From Oikopleura dioica (taxonomy: Eukaryota; Animalia; Chordata): DNA of 64,000 bases. The DNA lies in NCBI GenBank assembly GCA_907165135.1, contig OU015566.1, positions 7,192,001 through 7,256,000 of the forward strand, read 5' to 3'. Every line of letters starts with the position of its first letter. Position 1 is the first letter of the stretch. Below, one piece after another: positions 38,301-48,277 of this stretch. The notes under the pieces are model-generated. The model saw only the letters and a program-made list of their open reading frames with translations. It did no database searches and was not told the DNA's origin. Position numbers and translations under genes: made by a program.

Positions 38301-40474
38301 TTTTCCATAAAAATTCTCGATTTTAGATTTACCTTCTCTCTCGCTCCCTTCGTTCTCGTTCTTCGGGTGACAATGAAAGATCCTCTTCACTGTGTGACTT
38401 TTGACTCGGCGACAAAAGGGGGAGTCTGTTCTTCCCTTCTGCTTTTGGCGAAATATCTTTGGGCTCATGTTTGATCATTCCCTGGGCGGCTGGATTGTGA
38501 AGCAATCCGTTCATTCCACGTGCGAAAATATCGGGATTCATCTAAACCAGCTCGAATTAGTCAAAAGTTATAGCGCAATTATCGCAGCGCCTTTTCCAGC
38601 TGCGTTAAAAGGCGCTTATGCAAATCTTTCTAGCGTTACATGGGTTTAAACATTGTTAATTCCTCGAAAAAGAAGGTGCCATAACGCCGCTGCTGATAAG
38701 AAAGCTCAATACTTTTATCGCGGCTGCTAGAACGTGTGGGTAGAATGGCATGCGGCTGACTAATTTTTTAGACACAATGGATTCAAAAATTAAGAATTTT
38801 TTTTTAATAATTTATTAAATATTTTAACAATTTATTTATATTCAGTAAATAAAATAATTTATTAATAATTTAAGAAATTAATGATTTCAATAAATTAAAT
38901 AATTTAATTAATTATTATTTTATTAAATTATTTAATTTATTTATTTATTAATAATTAATCATTATTTTAAATTATACACTAATTATGCGATAAATTCTTT
39001 ATAAATTCAATTATTTCGACTGGGAAAAGAGAGAACACTTACCGGACAAGTAGGACCAGCCAAGGCTGCGTATCCATTCCAACCAGGGTAGTTTCCAGAG
39101 TTCATGAGTCCTGACATTTCCTATAAAAATTGGTAAATAAATCGTCATAACAACGTCAAAATCAGGTGTTCTTACGATCGCTTTACTCCAGAATTAAGGG
39201 TATAACAACCGAAAATTCCGAAAATCAAGTTCAAACTTACTGGTAAATCAGGATGCGGTCCCAAGGGCCAGCCCATCGGTCGCCCCATCGCATCAGCAGG
39301 CGGTTGGTACATCCCCTGGACAGGAAAGTTAACAGCTTGGTTAGACAAATTCGCGAAAAAATCGCCGAATGAATTTGGATTGACCATTTGATTAAGCGAT
39401 CCCGAATCAGATAGTGGATTTTCAGACTCTTGAGAGTCAGTTTCCATTTTGAAAATTTCGTTTTCAGCGACTGTGGGTGGAAATTGAAAATATGGCTTGT
39501 TACTTCCGCGAGAATTGGGAAAGCCTGAGGAGCTGGGCGTGCTTGACGATTCGCTCATTTTTTTTTCGGTCGTTAAAATAACCCGTATCGTCGAGAAAGA
39601 AAATTTGTTGGAAGGGTCAATGAGGACTTTCATTTTTATACATGATAATTTTATATACTGCGGCCTCATTCACGCGATCCGCCATCTGGTGGAGCTAAAG
39701 AAAATACCAAAGGAGGACTAGCGCCCTTCAGAAGATTGTCCTGACGTTCTGTTCTGCGAAGAACACGTGAGCCAATTGTGCTAAGCAAACATGGAGAAGC
39801 TCAAGTAGAAAACCATGACCTTTGAATTGATTAAAATTAATCTACGAATCTGGGCTAATTATAACTTTCAAGGGAGAAGGGAATGACTTTCCCACGTTTA
39901 CTTTTTTTCTTTCGAAAATCAGCAATATCTTAGTGTTATGACTCATCAGGGAGATTCAGAGGAATTCCCGATCTTTCGTCCATTCAAGCCTTATGTAAAT
40001 CAAATTGACTTGATCTTGACTAATGAAAATTTTTAAAAATTTTTCTATTCTCAATGAGAATTTCTCAGAAAACGACAACGAAGATAATTCCACTGTTCAT
40101 TCTGCTCCAAGACTATAAATAAACCTTAGTTGAAGTCGAATTAGTCCCACGTTTCTTGATATATAATAAGAGACAAATTGTCTTTAATATAATATTGAAT
40201 AAGAGACATCGCTGTCTCCATCATAATTTGTCCTAAACAGCCAGATGCTCATTAAGTCGTCTGAGACGATTCGTGTCATCATTGAGGACTCCTCATGACG
40301 AGATCTGATATTCTTCTAACAGCAAAGCCAACTCATTTGACCCCCAGTACACGATCTTACGCTCGAAAAAGAGACAAACAACTCACTTACATTTCTAACA
40401 TCGAGCGCGTCCGGCCAGTTGCTAGCTGCGACCGCTGCGGAGGAATAGGCCCAGTCTACACCCGGCGGGTTCAT
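26390..40474 (-). CDS. E-protein (class I bHLH), paralog A; last intron ~11.2 kb contains the LTR element
   Basis: Exons 40474-40391 ([10 protein letters not shown]...), ~39500-39240, ~39122-39040, 38541-38333, 38061-37892 ([52 protein letters not shown]); phase-1 donor at 37891 matches phase-1 acceptor at 26671 giving [11 protein letters not shown]...TATS*. bHLH certain, last exon inferred. Confidence 0.8.
26855..27266 (-). repeat. 3' LTR
   Basis: Matches 33728-34139 by eye, with identical ORF-track translation. Confidence 0.97.
27270..27279 (-). other. Polypurine tract
   Basis: GGAGGAGGAA on minus strand, 3 nt before the 3' LTR. Confidence 0.85.
27288..28007 (-). CDS. Third ORF of the LTR element (ORF3), unknown function, not Env-like
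   Basis: 239-codon open frame (ATG at MPTNLETD, ~227 aa) between pol and PPT; no signal peptide or TM segment evident. Confidence 0.7.
   Translation of the reverse strand: MFLSCKLLSRREMPTNLETDIFHLQRCCIKRRYQQFALNFVMGIKIPIVEEIDCEKTLVIRELLEEIEVSIKEKTNWFQILTQKSLNLSTIDSNLKCLLIFSCKCLILTAQGANPETRNSIVSEYARKWAKQRSVWRRLENIEISDLRILKSEVTFIIHEHLKHLGLRDSRTNTSAHSEIQFIEEVNDVPVGPAQQPLVDSLVNQNDPFATITAYGQNILDEILDSQTQDIPLPERQTI
28980..32309 (-). CDS. pol: Pol polyprotein (protease, RT, RNase H, integrase with GPY/F)
   Basis: CLIDSGAS (DSG at 32207-32199), [18 protein letters not shown]...ELFAL...YVDHKSL, H-x4-H...CETC, VHIDL / ISDNGKEF / NGKCER (DDE), WSGPFKV. Open from the codon after the gag stop. Confidence 0.97.
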   Translation of the reverse strand, partial: LSKVIETCESALFAPASLKFVNIQLNGLKFPCLIDSGASRTCLRSDVLDLLPSTINKQIPSSIKLKCANSEIVNVKTLSSPIDAKFETSSSPLKLKLDPLIVQNLSCPIILGMDILKGITIEENSITLKNKVIPTIDPNSSDMFLTGLIEIDKETGREKEEYEKFVKLRSEKAYQINFVPQIGSYGSADPTQKKQLETLTHKWRLSFNMDTNDLGRLFGFRYSLPLYDETKSAHQPPRKIPIHLVPKVSYQMENWKQLTVIQETQSAFNIPLIILRKNDDSIRVSLDARMINELLVKDRFPLPSMQSVFTSIGKKLTGKECYISSVDFFRGYWQVLIHEADAHKMAFSYDNRHYQANRMLYGSCNAPACFSRIMNKLMEHDSILLYLDDLIVIDNNWENHLQALEFVFKTCYEHGLVLNAAKCKLASTELDFLGHRITSDGIKPLRKHLEAIEKMEPPTDKAELKRYLGMVNFNVKFIKHGSEILSPLYRLTSAKAKYEWSDIHQKAFDTVKSELLKEPTLAHFKPGCKLVLVTDSSGYAVGGTLYQVQNDRFAPLGYFSKALTGPDLKRPMRIKELFALCWGIQFFEYYLINCEFDCYVDHKSLLFLFWESRKQKLDIKLCNVHNYLLAFNFTIIHKSGSSPEMASADFFSRLPKSKSSDLERDSENFFDVDDTIFALSTLTKSDVIFSFENRSFTAEEMATAQDACSVTRNLRVKAKLNKSPKRLMLKNDVLYSNNRLVLPSAVADEFISYLHSLTAHAGSQQLLQMLRKFFINNIQQKVRAITSSCETCIRLKPFKQMRPSLIKDRQFAQLPFEKVHIDLVDYGRPDQAGKRYLLTVVDSLSGYLDGEPLSNKSDNLVSKALLRIILRHGISENCISDNGKEFGPKTTAILDRFEIRRSTTSAYYSKSNGKCERIHREIHQKLKNQLATNRTWSDYWPLVQYFLNNTPKGSLDGLSSNEVVYGRQFHVPYSLKEPITENIQPFIRGLNSYFKKLHPALLNFQVQRYQSLLKRDKNNCPVLPIGSNVLCWKPDPYSGKLGLSWSGPFKVHRRLSKDSYILKCPLTRKEYRRNISLIRPLKVKTEDDETQVICSDKPQNDFKPEKVQA
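32310..33578 (-). CDS. gag: Gag with C-terminal CCCH zinc finger
   Basis: 422 aa; [15 protein letters not shown] capsid-like start; [20 protein letters not shown] near C-terminus. Confidence 0.9.
   Translation of the reverse strand: MGELYYKFVVDLTAKEIMLIYDKSPRRKYPLPIPRFDKSGCVLNLLDIQPDLFDTMDKKYFFRKTGQKLEYDPDFDVNNIQEAVQKTARADHKIDIAKINEIVVVDNLNSILARIEESEKKETKFQPPNSDSKPAGSAPKTENAPKPDPAQKKKEASPDRSKPFGQIKMKTPKFDSQLPVENWIVNMELYGKCSKISDADLISVALSQILMEESGTSLIEAITEEEKKNWESFKTKLIQVLGKDKEHFKYLYTSFQRGQETQQMAVTKLQAYFKKGYGKLVLDAADESIICDRFIECQDPRLAELLRREKSLLNLQNIAQRAMELERSFYKRENIFAAECSNNGKESEMAQLCSQLKEIVASAKEPVKKKKRKTRPRIPTDKLQGHCIAFVRNGRCRFGEKCKYLHSETVPEEVEKIIKKEA
33711..33722 (-). other. Primer-binding site
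   Basis: TGGTGACTGAAG, 5 nt after the 5' LTR; TGG start is complementary to tRNA CCA. Confidence 0.75.
33728..34139 (-). repeat. 5' LTR (TATA-like TATATAAA ~33905-33912, AATAAA ~33834-33839)
   Basis: Begins TGTAGTGTTTCTCA and ends TGAGAAACACGTACA (imperfect terminal inverted repeat). Confidence 0.97.
36039..36341. mobile_element. Fold-back MITE with ~90-bp imperfect TIRs
   Basis: GGACTTAACCAATTTATGGAAGTGAATTTT...TTTGGCCTACCGGCCAATCAAAACCC and its reverse complement ending ...TTGGTTTAGTCC; no clear TSD. Confidence 0.85.
37547..37615. repeat. Degenerate head-to-head TTAGGG/CCCTAA motifs around a GCCATTA-G-TAATGGC palindrome
   Basis: Visible in sequence. Confidence 0.55.
38790..39010. repeat. 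Very AT-rich low-complexity intronic tract
   Basis: Almost only A/T (aattattta-like units). Confidence 0.85.
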
Positions 40475-42131
40475 CTTTCCATCCTCGTTTTTCGTTTCTC
40501 TTTCTCCCTTTTTTCCAGTGATTGACGTTGATTGGTGCTTTTTTTCTCTGAACAGGTGGCGCACTTGGCTTGTCTCCTGTTAAATGCTGCGTCCAGCTCA
40601 AGCTGTTTTTCAAGTGGTCGGGGCGGGGCGGGGGCTGGAAAACTACCGGACCGCGCTACCTCGGTCCTTATTCAAGAAGAGGCCAAGAGCTTGGTCCCTG
40701 CGGCGGCCGATTCGTCATTCTTTAGCCGCGGCTTACCGAGTCACTATTGCACGGCAGCGACACCTTGGGGCAGTCAGACTGACGCCAGGCAAAGCCACAA
40801 AGCAAATTTAACACTACTGACTACACCAGGCAAAGAAGCACCACACCAACAGCACCAAAATGGCCTCCTCTCTGGAAACTCAACACCACCAAGGCCCCCA
40901 ACAAGTCCACCTAACATTCTAACCCTGTGACTAGATAATCAACCGAGAAAATGATGATTTGGCGGAATTCGCGCGAACTCCGAATCTGGTGTTGATTTTC
41001 AAAGGGCGCGCAAGAAACAGCCCGTGTTCGGATCGCGCCAAGCTGAAAGACAAATCTGCTTGGCAGTACACTACTTTTGTATGCTGAGCAAATAAAACTC
41101 GTAAAAAGCACTAGACTTTGGAAAATAATAAAATCGCTTTGAATTTCCTATCAGTGCTCATTACTCTTTTTCGGAGGAAACGCACAAGATGTTCAGTAAC
41201 TTAATTTCATTTTGCTCGGGATCAAACCTTGCCCCCAAATGTTTGGAGTTTCCAACAGACACCTTTACTCTCAGTTAAGAAATTCTCTTTCAATGCTCTA
41301 TTTCGCATCTTTTTAATAACTTGTGGGCTGTGTCTGTCTAGGCCACCATCTTTAAGATAATATCAAAAGTTACCTTCTCCCAACCCACGTGTGTTCATTT
41401 CTATTACTATAAAAGGTAAACTCCTACTTCAAGAACTTACCCAGAAATTTTTAAAATTGACGATTTTGACCACAATCAGATCAAAGAATAATACAAAGAA
41501 GGATGATAATTGATAAAGTATGAAGTGAATTTTGAGAATTTTTTATCAAAAATAACTTTTTATAACTGATAATATTATCAATCATAAATACATTATATCG
41601 TATATAAAAGACACCGTTTCTTAGATCATTCATTCGGAATGAAAAAGTATGAAATGCTCACTAAAATATTATTAAAAAAATGATACGATTCATAAAAGCA
41701 CTGCATCATACCGTCCGTTATTGAACAAGAAAAACATTATTCGGCATCGAGCTATTGAAGTCGATGCATTATTCGTTTGAGCATATGCTACTGAGTGCCA
41801 AATCGTGTGTATAATTTAAAAAGAAGAGATGGGGAGAGAAAAGGGATGAATTAAACATTTCGCAAATGATCATCTCGCTCAGCACATATGCTTCACTATT
41901 TAAAGTTACCTTTTTTCACCCTCTTCTCGATCTTTTTTTCTCTAGAATTTTCAGATATCTTCCTAGGATTGACGGCTAATCATTTATCGTCCAAATTAAG
42001 GATTGACAATTAAACTCGCGAAAATCGTCGTAAACAACGTCAACAACTCAATGAATCGCTCATTCAATGAATAATAAATCATTCATCACGTGATTCCAAC
42101 TTTTTATTACAGTAACATCATAACAGTGTCA

Positions 42132-42700
42132 TTAAATATTGCTCCCCATGATGTTGTCAGGAATGTCTCGCAGACTGTCCGTTTTCTGCCTTGACAATGA
42201 TGAAGACGGACCAGTGGCTTTTAATGATTTTTCAAAGACCGAATTAAGGGTATAACCTTCGATCTCCCCAACTTGAGGCTTGCTCCCAACTCTGAATCTG
42301 TAAGAGCTAGAAATAATCATAAGGGGTCTAGACGTAGATCTATGCTCAAACAGTCGTTTTTTAATCATTCCTGTAACTCTTCTTCGCAGAACCTCTCGGA
42401 AAGCGCTGAGAAAGAATCGTTTCTGCTCTCGCTGAAGAAAATCAACTCACTTTTTGAATACGGATACACGTGATCCTTTAAGATATGTGATATAAACATA
42501 TCATACATTTGACCCGGAACCTCTTTAATGAACTTAAAGGGAAACTCACCAGAGGAATAGAGTTTATAGTTTCCACCGCGAGATTGAAGCACCAATGTGG
42601 TTTCCGGTTTATTTCCGCCAACGCCATCAGAAAGTGAAGATCCGAAACCTTGAGTTGCTGCTTCTGGTCTTTGAGAACTTCACTGTTTCTCGGATAAATT
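42132..42700 (-). CDS. Possible small multi-exon gene of unknown function
   Basis: Protein-like frames (LQSRGGNYKLYSS|, HVYPYSKSELIFF..., YRFRVGSKPQVGEIEGY...) with a GTGAG donor; no family recognised. Confidence 0.35.
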
Positions 42701-42986
42701 CAAGGAAAGGGGAGGACGGGTGCCAGGAAATTTATCAAATTTACGCGGCGGCCACATAAGACGATTACGCCGCGAGTGGTGCTCCGACTTGGTGGTGGTG
42801 TCACTCACTCCACCAGCGATCAGCTGGGCGGTGCGTAATTCAGTTAAAAAGTGTCAAAACTGTTTCAACTAGAGCCAAATATTTTAACGAAGAGGATGAT
42901 TGATTTGGAAGAAAAAAAATCATCCTTTTTAGGTTTAGAACAACGTCAAAAGTATGATTTATATCCACATAAAAAAATAAAATTAA

Positions 42987-43742
42987 GGATATACCCGATA
43001 AAATTGAACTTTCATAGCGCCTAAATACGAAGTTGGATCATTTTTATTTCAATAGCAATCCTACCTAAAATTGTGCGTAGAATTCAATTCTGGTACTTCT
43101 TTAAAAGTTTTCATTTGAATTTTTCTCTCTAGAGCGATTTGAAAACGAACTCTCTCGATTTCTCGACATTTTTACTATAAATCGCTAAAATTGAACCGTG
43201 TACTGTATTGTAATGATGCTTAGCTACAAAATTGATGGGATGAAATTCTAAAACTCGATTGAATTTTCATTCTAGTGTTCTCCTCTTTCATTCCCCTGTT
43301 TTTCTTTTCTGCGCGTTTTTTTTGCTTGCTACCAATCAGAGCGGTGCGCTCAACCACGCACTTTCTCTCGGAAAAGAGGAGTCGAGTGAGTGAGCACCCA
43401 GCGCGCCGCTTTGCAGAGCTTTTACGCGCTGAGTAGCCCTCAATGAAATGGCTCTAGAACCGGTATTCTTCGGAATTTGAGATAAGTAAGCCATCAATAT
43501 TGTAGATAAAGGTCTGAAGAACTTATCTATCGAAAAAACTCGACCGATTTAGACCAAAAATTTCGAGCAATCGAGAGAGTAAGATTTGAAATCGCTCTAA
43601 AGAGAAAAATTCAAATGAAAAATTATAAATAAGTACCAGATTTGAGTTCTACGTGCATTTTAAGGTAGAATTGCTTTGGAAATAAAAACGATCCTACGTC
43701 GCATTTCGGCGCTACAAAAGTTCAATTTTATCGGGTATATCC
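42987..43742. mobile_element. Non-autonomous TIR element, TTAA target, ~200-bp imperfect TIRs (Kolobok-like)
   Basis: Terminal 26 nt GGATATACCCGATAAAATTGAACTTT identical at both ends; TTAA at 42983-42986 and 43743-43746. Confidence 0.9.
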
Positions 43743-43993
43743 TTAAATTTGATCCATTCTTTCTCATATAAAAATTGCGTAAAGTAATGTTTTATTGTCG
43801 ATAAATTTTGAAAATAAATATGGCCAATTTACTGTCACTTAGATTGTAAATTACATTTCATCAAACAATTATTTTTCTTTTATCTCTATTTCATAATTTT
43901 TAGTGCCACCTTATTATTTAATTATTATCGCTTATGTATCCGAAACCAAATGGGAGGCAGAAAAGCAAATTATACCCTTTTAACAAGCTCAAA

Positions 43994-45495
43994 TTACTTA
44001 TCCCTTGAAAAATTATTCTTTTTTAGTAAATTTGTTTCTTGATTGAGCCTTTCCTCTTCGCCAAGCGGCGCAGCTAACTGTCCAGCAGAACGGGAGAACG
44101 ATCAGTGTGAGGAGATTGATGCAGAAGTAAGCAGACAGCAACACTGAAAAGAAGAATCACAAAGAATCTATCTTCGGATGACTTACATGTTCTTTGGCTA
44201 ACACCAGAAAAGAGCGCCTGAACAGTTTCCTGCACAGCTCCTTCCGCTCCGTCAATTTTATACGCTTCTGGCAAAGGACAACGGAACTCGTGAAGCTGTC
44301 TCGTCGGATTCAGATAAATCAGGTACAGCGTTGCATCGATGATGAAAAGCGCAAAGAAACGAAGAATTCGCCGGGCAAAAATCGTCTTCACCATGTCTTG
44401 CGAGCGAGCCATTCTCTGGACGAACAATTCGAAATTGGAAAAATTCAGGTCAGTTTTTTGCTCGTGGTAGATTTCCATCAATTCCGAGTTCGTCAATGAT
44501 CCAGCAGATAATCTTGAAGAATGCTTCTTTTTTTTTTGAGAAAAACTGGTCTTCACCTGTTAGATAAAATTGGAGCGTTGTCGTCGTTGATTCCATCCGA
44601 GTCATCACAGGCGGAATTCACCACTTTTGTGCCAGCTCAAAATTAAATTATCCTAAGTAATGTTATTCTAGGATCCTTTTGATGCCGTCCCTGTTCGTGT
44701 TTTACCCATTTCAGACGTCTGCAACGTCTTTTCAAGCAGCAAAGTTCTCCCAAACTCTTCAAACGCATCCTCCAGGCAATTTATAAAATAGTCGACGTGA
44801 AATGGAACGCGCTCGATTTCCCCCACCCACCAGAATATCTCTACTCCGATGAATACGCAGCATACCATGAGCATGAAGGCTGGGAGATACTGATAATGAT
44901 CGAGGCTTATCTTGGATGTATCGATGATCTTTCCGTTTCCGTCAATGTCGAAGTGAGCCATGTGAGCCCAGCAGAAGCTTCGACTTTATGGGGCTTTAAT
45001 TTGAGGCATGTAAAGTTATGACACCCCCCTTTTAGGTGGAAATATAAAGGCCCGTTCATGTATGGAAGGTCCTTTCCAGTGTCCCATGACGAGTTAGATG
45101 GTAGATCAGGAATACCCTTTTTAAGAAATTTTATTCATTGGCAAAATTGATCTTATGTTCATGAGCTGAGTTCTCTATTTGGTGGAATCCATCAATCAAA
45201 TAAATCCATATTACTAGCCAATCATTTAATTTTTTTTAAATTTTATACCTTTATTTGAAGGCCGTCTTTTTATGGGGTATCTACATTTTTGTACATACGT
45301 ATTATTGCTCATAATTTATGAGATATAAAATGAGTTTATTATCTCAAGTTGAGCCTTCTTCCTCAATACCCTGCCTATACTGAATGTTTCTGGGAGAAAG
45401 AGAACGATGAAAAGGAGAATAACAATTGGTGAAAGAACCGTTATCCAACTGACAACTCTGTCGCCTCGGAACTGATACTTTCTCCAGCTTCTCAT
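43994..45495 (-). CDS. Pannexin/innexin-family large-pore channel subunit
   Basis: TM1 GDRVVSWITVLSPIVILLFIVLF (cf. PANX1 VDKMVTCIAVGLP); SFCW; HYQYLPAFMLMVCCVFIGVEIFWW (TM2); RRILRFFALFII (TM3); EFRC; LLLSAYFCINLLTLIVLPF (TM4). 5' end and ECL1 splicing uncertain. Confidence 0.75.
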
Positions 45496-46113
45496 ACTCT
45501 TGAATCGGTAAACTTACGATAAATTGCTGATTTTTAGTTTGCGAGAAAGAATTCTGAGCTTGAAAAGCTTTCCTGATGTTTTTTGGCAGTCAGCATTTCT
45601 TCATAAGGGAACTAATCTCTTCTTCTGAAAAAGAATATAAAAGTAAAAATACTCGTTAATTGGGCCCTTGACACTCGCGCTAATTCCTTCACATCTGCGC
45701 GGACGCGTATTTTATTTTTCGCAAATGCAAGAAAAAAAAAGAGACAATAGGGAGCAGAGTAGTGCCAAGATGGGTCTTTTAGCGTTGTTTATGGGTATCA
45801 CCTTGTTGAGATTTCCGGTTGCGAAAAATGAGAAAATTCTTTTCGATGGCTTGATGTTTCTGAATTGATGGAAAGCGAAATATTTCATGGTCACATTCAA
45901 GCACGTGAAATAATTTAAATTCTCATTAAAAATTTCCATAAAAGAGATGCTTCGTATGGAACTTCATTCTAATTTCTCTATCAAGCGCATCTTCTCCCGA
46001 GATTCTCAAACCGTCTAACCACGTTCAACTCATGGAAATCAGCATCTCTTTACCATACTCTCTTTCAGATTCTGACCATGGAAAGCAATTACGTCGATTG
46101 AGACAACTGTATT

Positions 46114-46567
46114 TCCACCACCTGTAATTCTTCAAAATAAAAAGATTCGCTTATTAATTTTTTCAGAACGAGAGGAGGTGAGAAAACAGTGTCAATTTTC
46201 GCTGGAAAATTTATTCCGGATAGGACCAATTTGGACGTCGAAAGGATGAGCCGCTATCCACCACCTGCAATTCTTCAATACTCGAAATTTCAACGAAATA
46301 GTAAAGAAGAATATTAGATGGCAAATAGGGAATCAACGAGGAGAATCTCTGACATCTCTCTTTTCTGTCGCTTTTTGCAGAAGCAGGTCCACCACCTGCA
46401 ATTCTTCAATAGCCTTATTTCAGTAGCTTATCGGAGAAAAGACAGGTAGGGCCTATTACTGTCAATTTTCAAAATGGTGTGACCTGTGTAAAATCGGAAA
46501 TCTCTTGAATCTCTGTTAGAAAAAGTAGCTTTTGGCAAAAATAAATCCACCACCTGCAGTTCTTCAA
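46114..46567. repeat. Four dispersed copies of 22-mer TCCACCACCTG(C/T)A(A/G)TTCTTCAA
   Basis: At 46114, 46257, 46388 and 46546; unrelated spacers of about 110-135 nt. Confidence 0.9.
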
Positions 46568-47583
46568 TAAGCGTTTAAATTTCTGTCAACTTATCGAAGC
46601 ACTGAGGAAGCGGTTTCATAAATGCTCTAGAATTCGAAGCGAGCTCTGTCGACCGAAAAGGTTGAAAGGATTGCTGAATCGATTTTTGATGCTAGAATTC
46701 TCCTGCAATGGTGCTTTTATACTGCTAGATTCTAGTGCTGAGTCCCTCGAGCTCCACCTCTGCCGCACAGGTGCACCAAAAAAGTCGGCCATCTGATTGC
46801 TTGAGCTCCCATGAAATTGTCACCACGCGGCCGGTAAACGGACGATAAACATCGAATTGCGGTCACGATCTACTCGGATTTGCGCATCAAGCTGGAAACA
46901 TTCCGAGCCGCTAAGCCTCTGCAAGGAACGCGGCGCAAAGCCGGAAGAAACGCATCAACCTGCTGACAAAACGAAAAATGAAAAGGATGTTTTGAGCACT
47001 TTCATTTGTCCGACTTTAGAAAGAAACGGTTTTTTAAGAACGAATTTAGAAAGTGTCTACGGACTGTAAGTAGAAGGATAAGCTTGGGCCGTTCTCAAGA
47101 GTTTCACTACATTCTATCATGTCAAAAGAAGATTCTAACTTGAGTTCATAATATTCAAATGTTACTTAGAATTTTGTAAGCATCACATGCGTTGTGGAAT
47201 ATATAAAGCTGGCAAAAGCCTGGCGGATGCTGCTTCCATGCCCAGAAAAATCATCATCTCTTGAGTTAGCTACGAGTAACACTTCCAAAAGAAACGGGGA
47301 GTGTTACATCATTAATAACACAACGAAAACTTCTGTACTGCGATTCTGTATTCAACACTGTCCAGTTTGGGAGCAGAGGCGACATTACAATCGTAAAGCG
47401 GCAACAGTTAATGATAAATAATTAAAATAAAAGGGCAGAAAATGGAAAATGTCCGCGATGTCATCACGGAGGAAAAATAATAATGACGATACTTATTGAG
47501 CTTCAAGGCGGTGCGACTTTTGGTTTTCGGTCTGCTTTAGGGTCAAGAGCTTCGATAGCTCTTACAAAGATACTCCAAATTAA

Positions 47584-48010
47584 GGGTGTCCCCAACGATC
47601 GAGGCCGAGACTGTCTAATTCGGTGACTCAAATTTGGTTCAAATTTTGTTAAAATCATCATTCTATATATTGTATATTTATATATGCATTTGATATAATT
47701 ATAAAAAATCTGTCTCGATTAATGCAGAGAGAAGTGTTCAAGCAACATAATTCTTCTCGAAATTTGAAATTTGAACGAGTAGATTTCGAGAAAAACGATC
47801 TCAAAGTTACCCGAGATTACAGAAGTCGACCTTCTTTGAAGCGGCGGTAGGGGATTAACTGATCAAAATCTACAAAATCGGTTTCGATTAATGCAGAAAG
47901 AAGGGTCAAAATAATAATATTCAAATTGATTTTTTATGTGAAAACTACCCGATTAGTAGAATTATTAACTCAAAGTTGATCCTGTTTCAAAAAAATCGTT
48001 GGGGACACCC
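47584..48010. mobile_element. MITE, perfect 16-bp TIR, TTAA target (Kolobok-like)
   Basis: TTAA|GGGTGTCCCCAACGAT ... ATCGTTGGGGACACCC|TTAA. Confidence 0.9.
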
Positions 48011-48277
48011 TTAAGGAGAAGACACTTCAAAAGCAATCAATGTCGACCCCTTACCTTTCTGATATGAAAAGGAATAAAGGTGATTCAGAAAGTGTAGGAA
48101 GGGTTGAGCTTTAAAATGATAAAAATGCATATAAATAGGTAGTAAGAGGAAGTCCTTAGAGACTAAAATAAAATATCAATAATATTAGTACAAAGCCGAA
48201 CGAGGTGAATTTTGAGCTGGAGTGAACGGTAAGAAATAATCTGTCTTCGTTATTCTTTTCCCAATCTTTCCGGGTCG

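Noticed and set aside
46114-46567. CRISPR-like repeat-spacer array
   Set aside because: Eukaryotic context, spacers over 100 nt and unequal, non-palindromic repeat, no cas genes.
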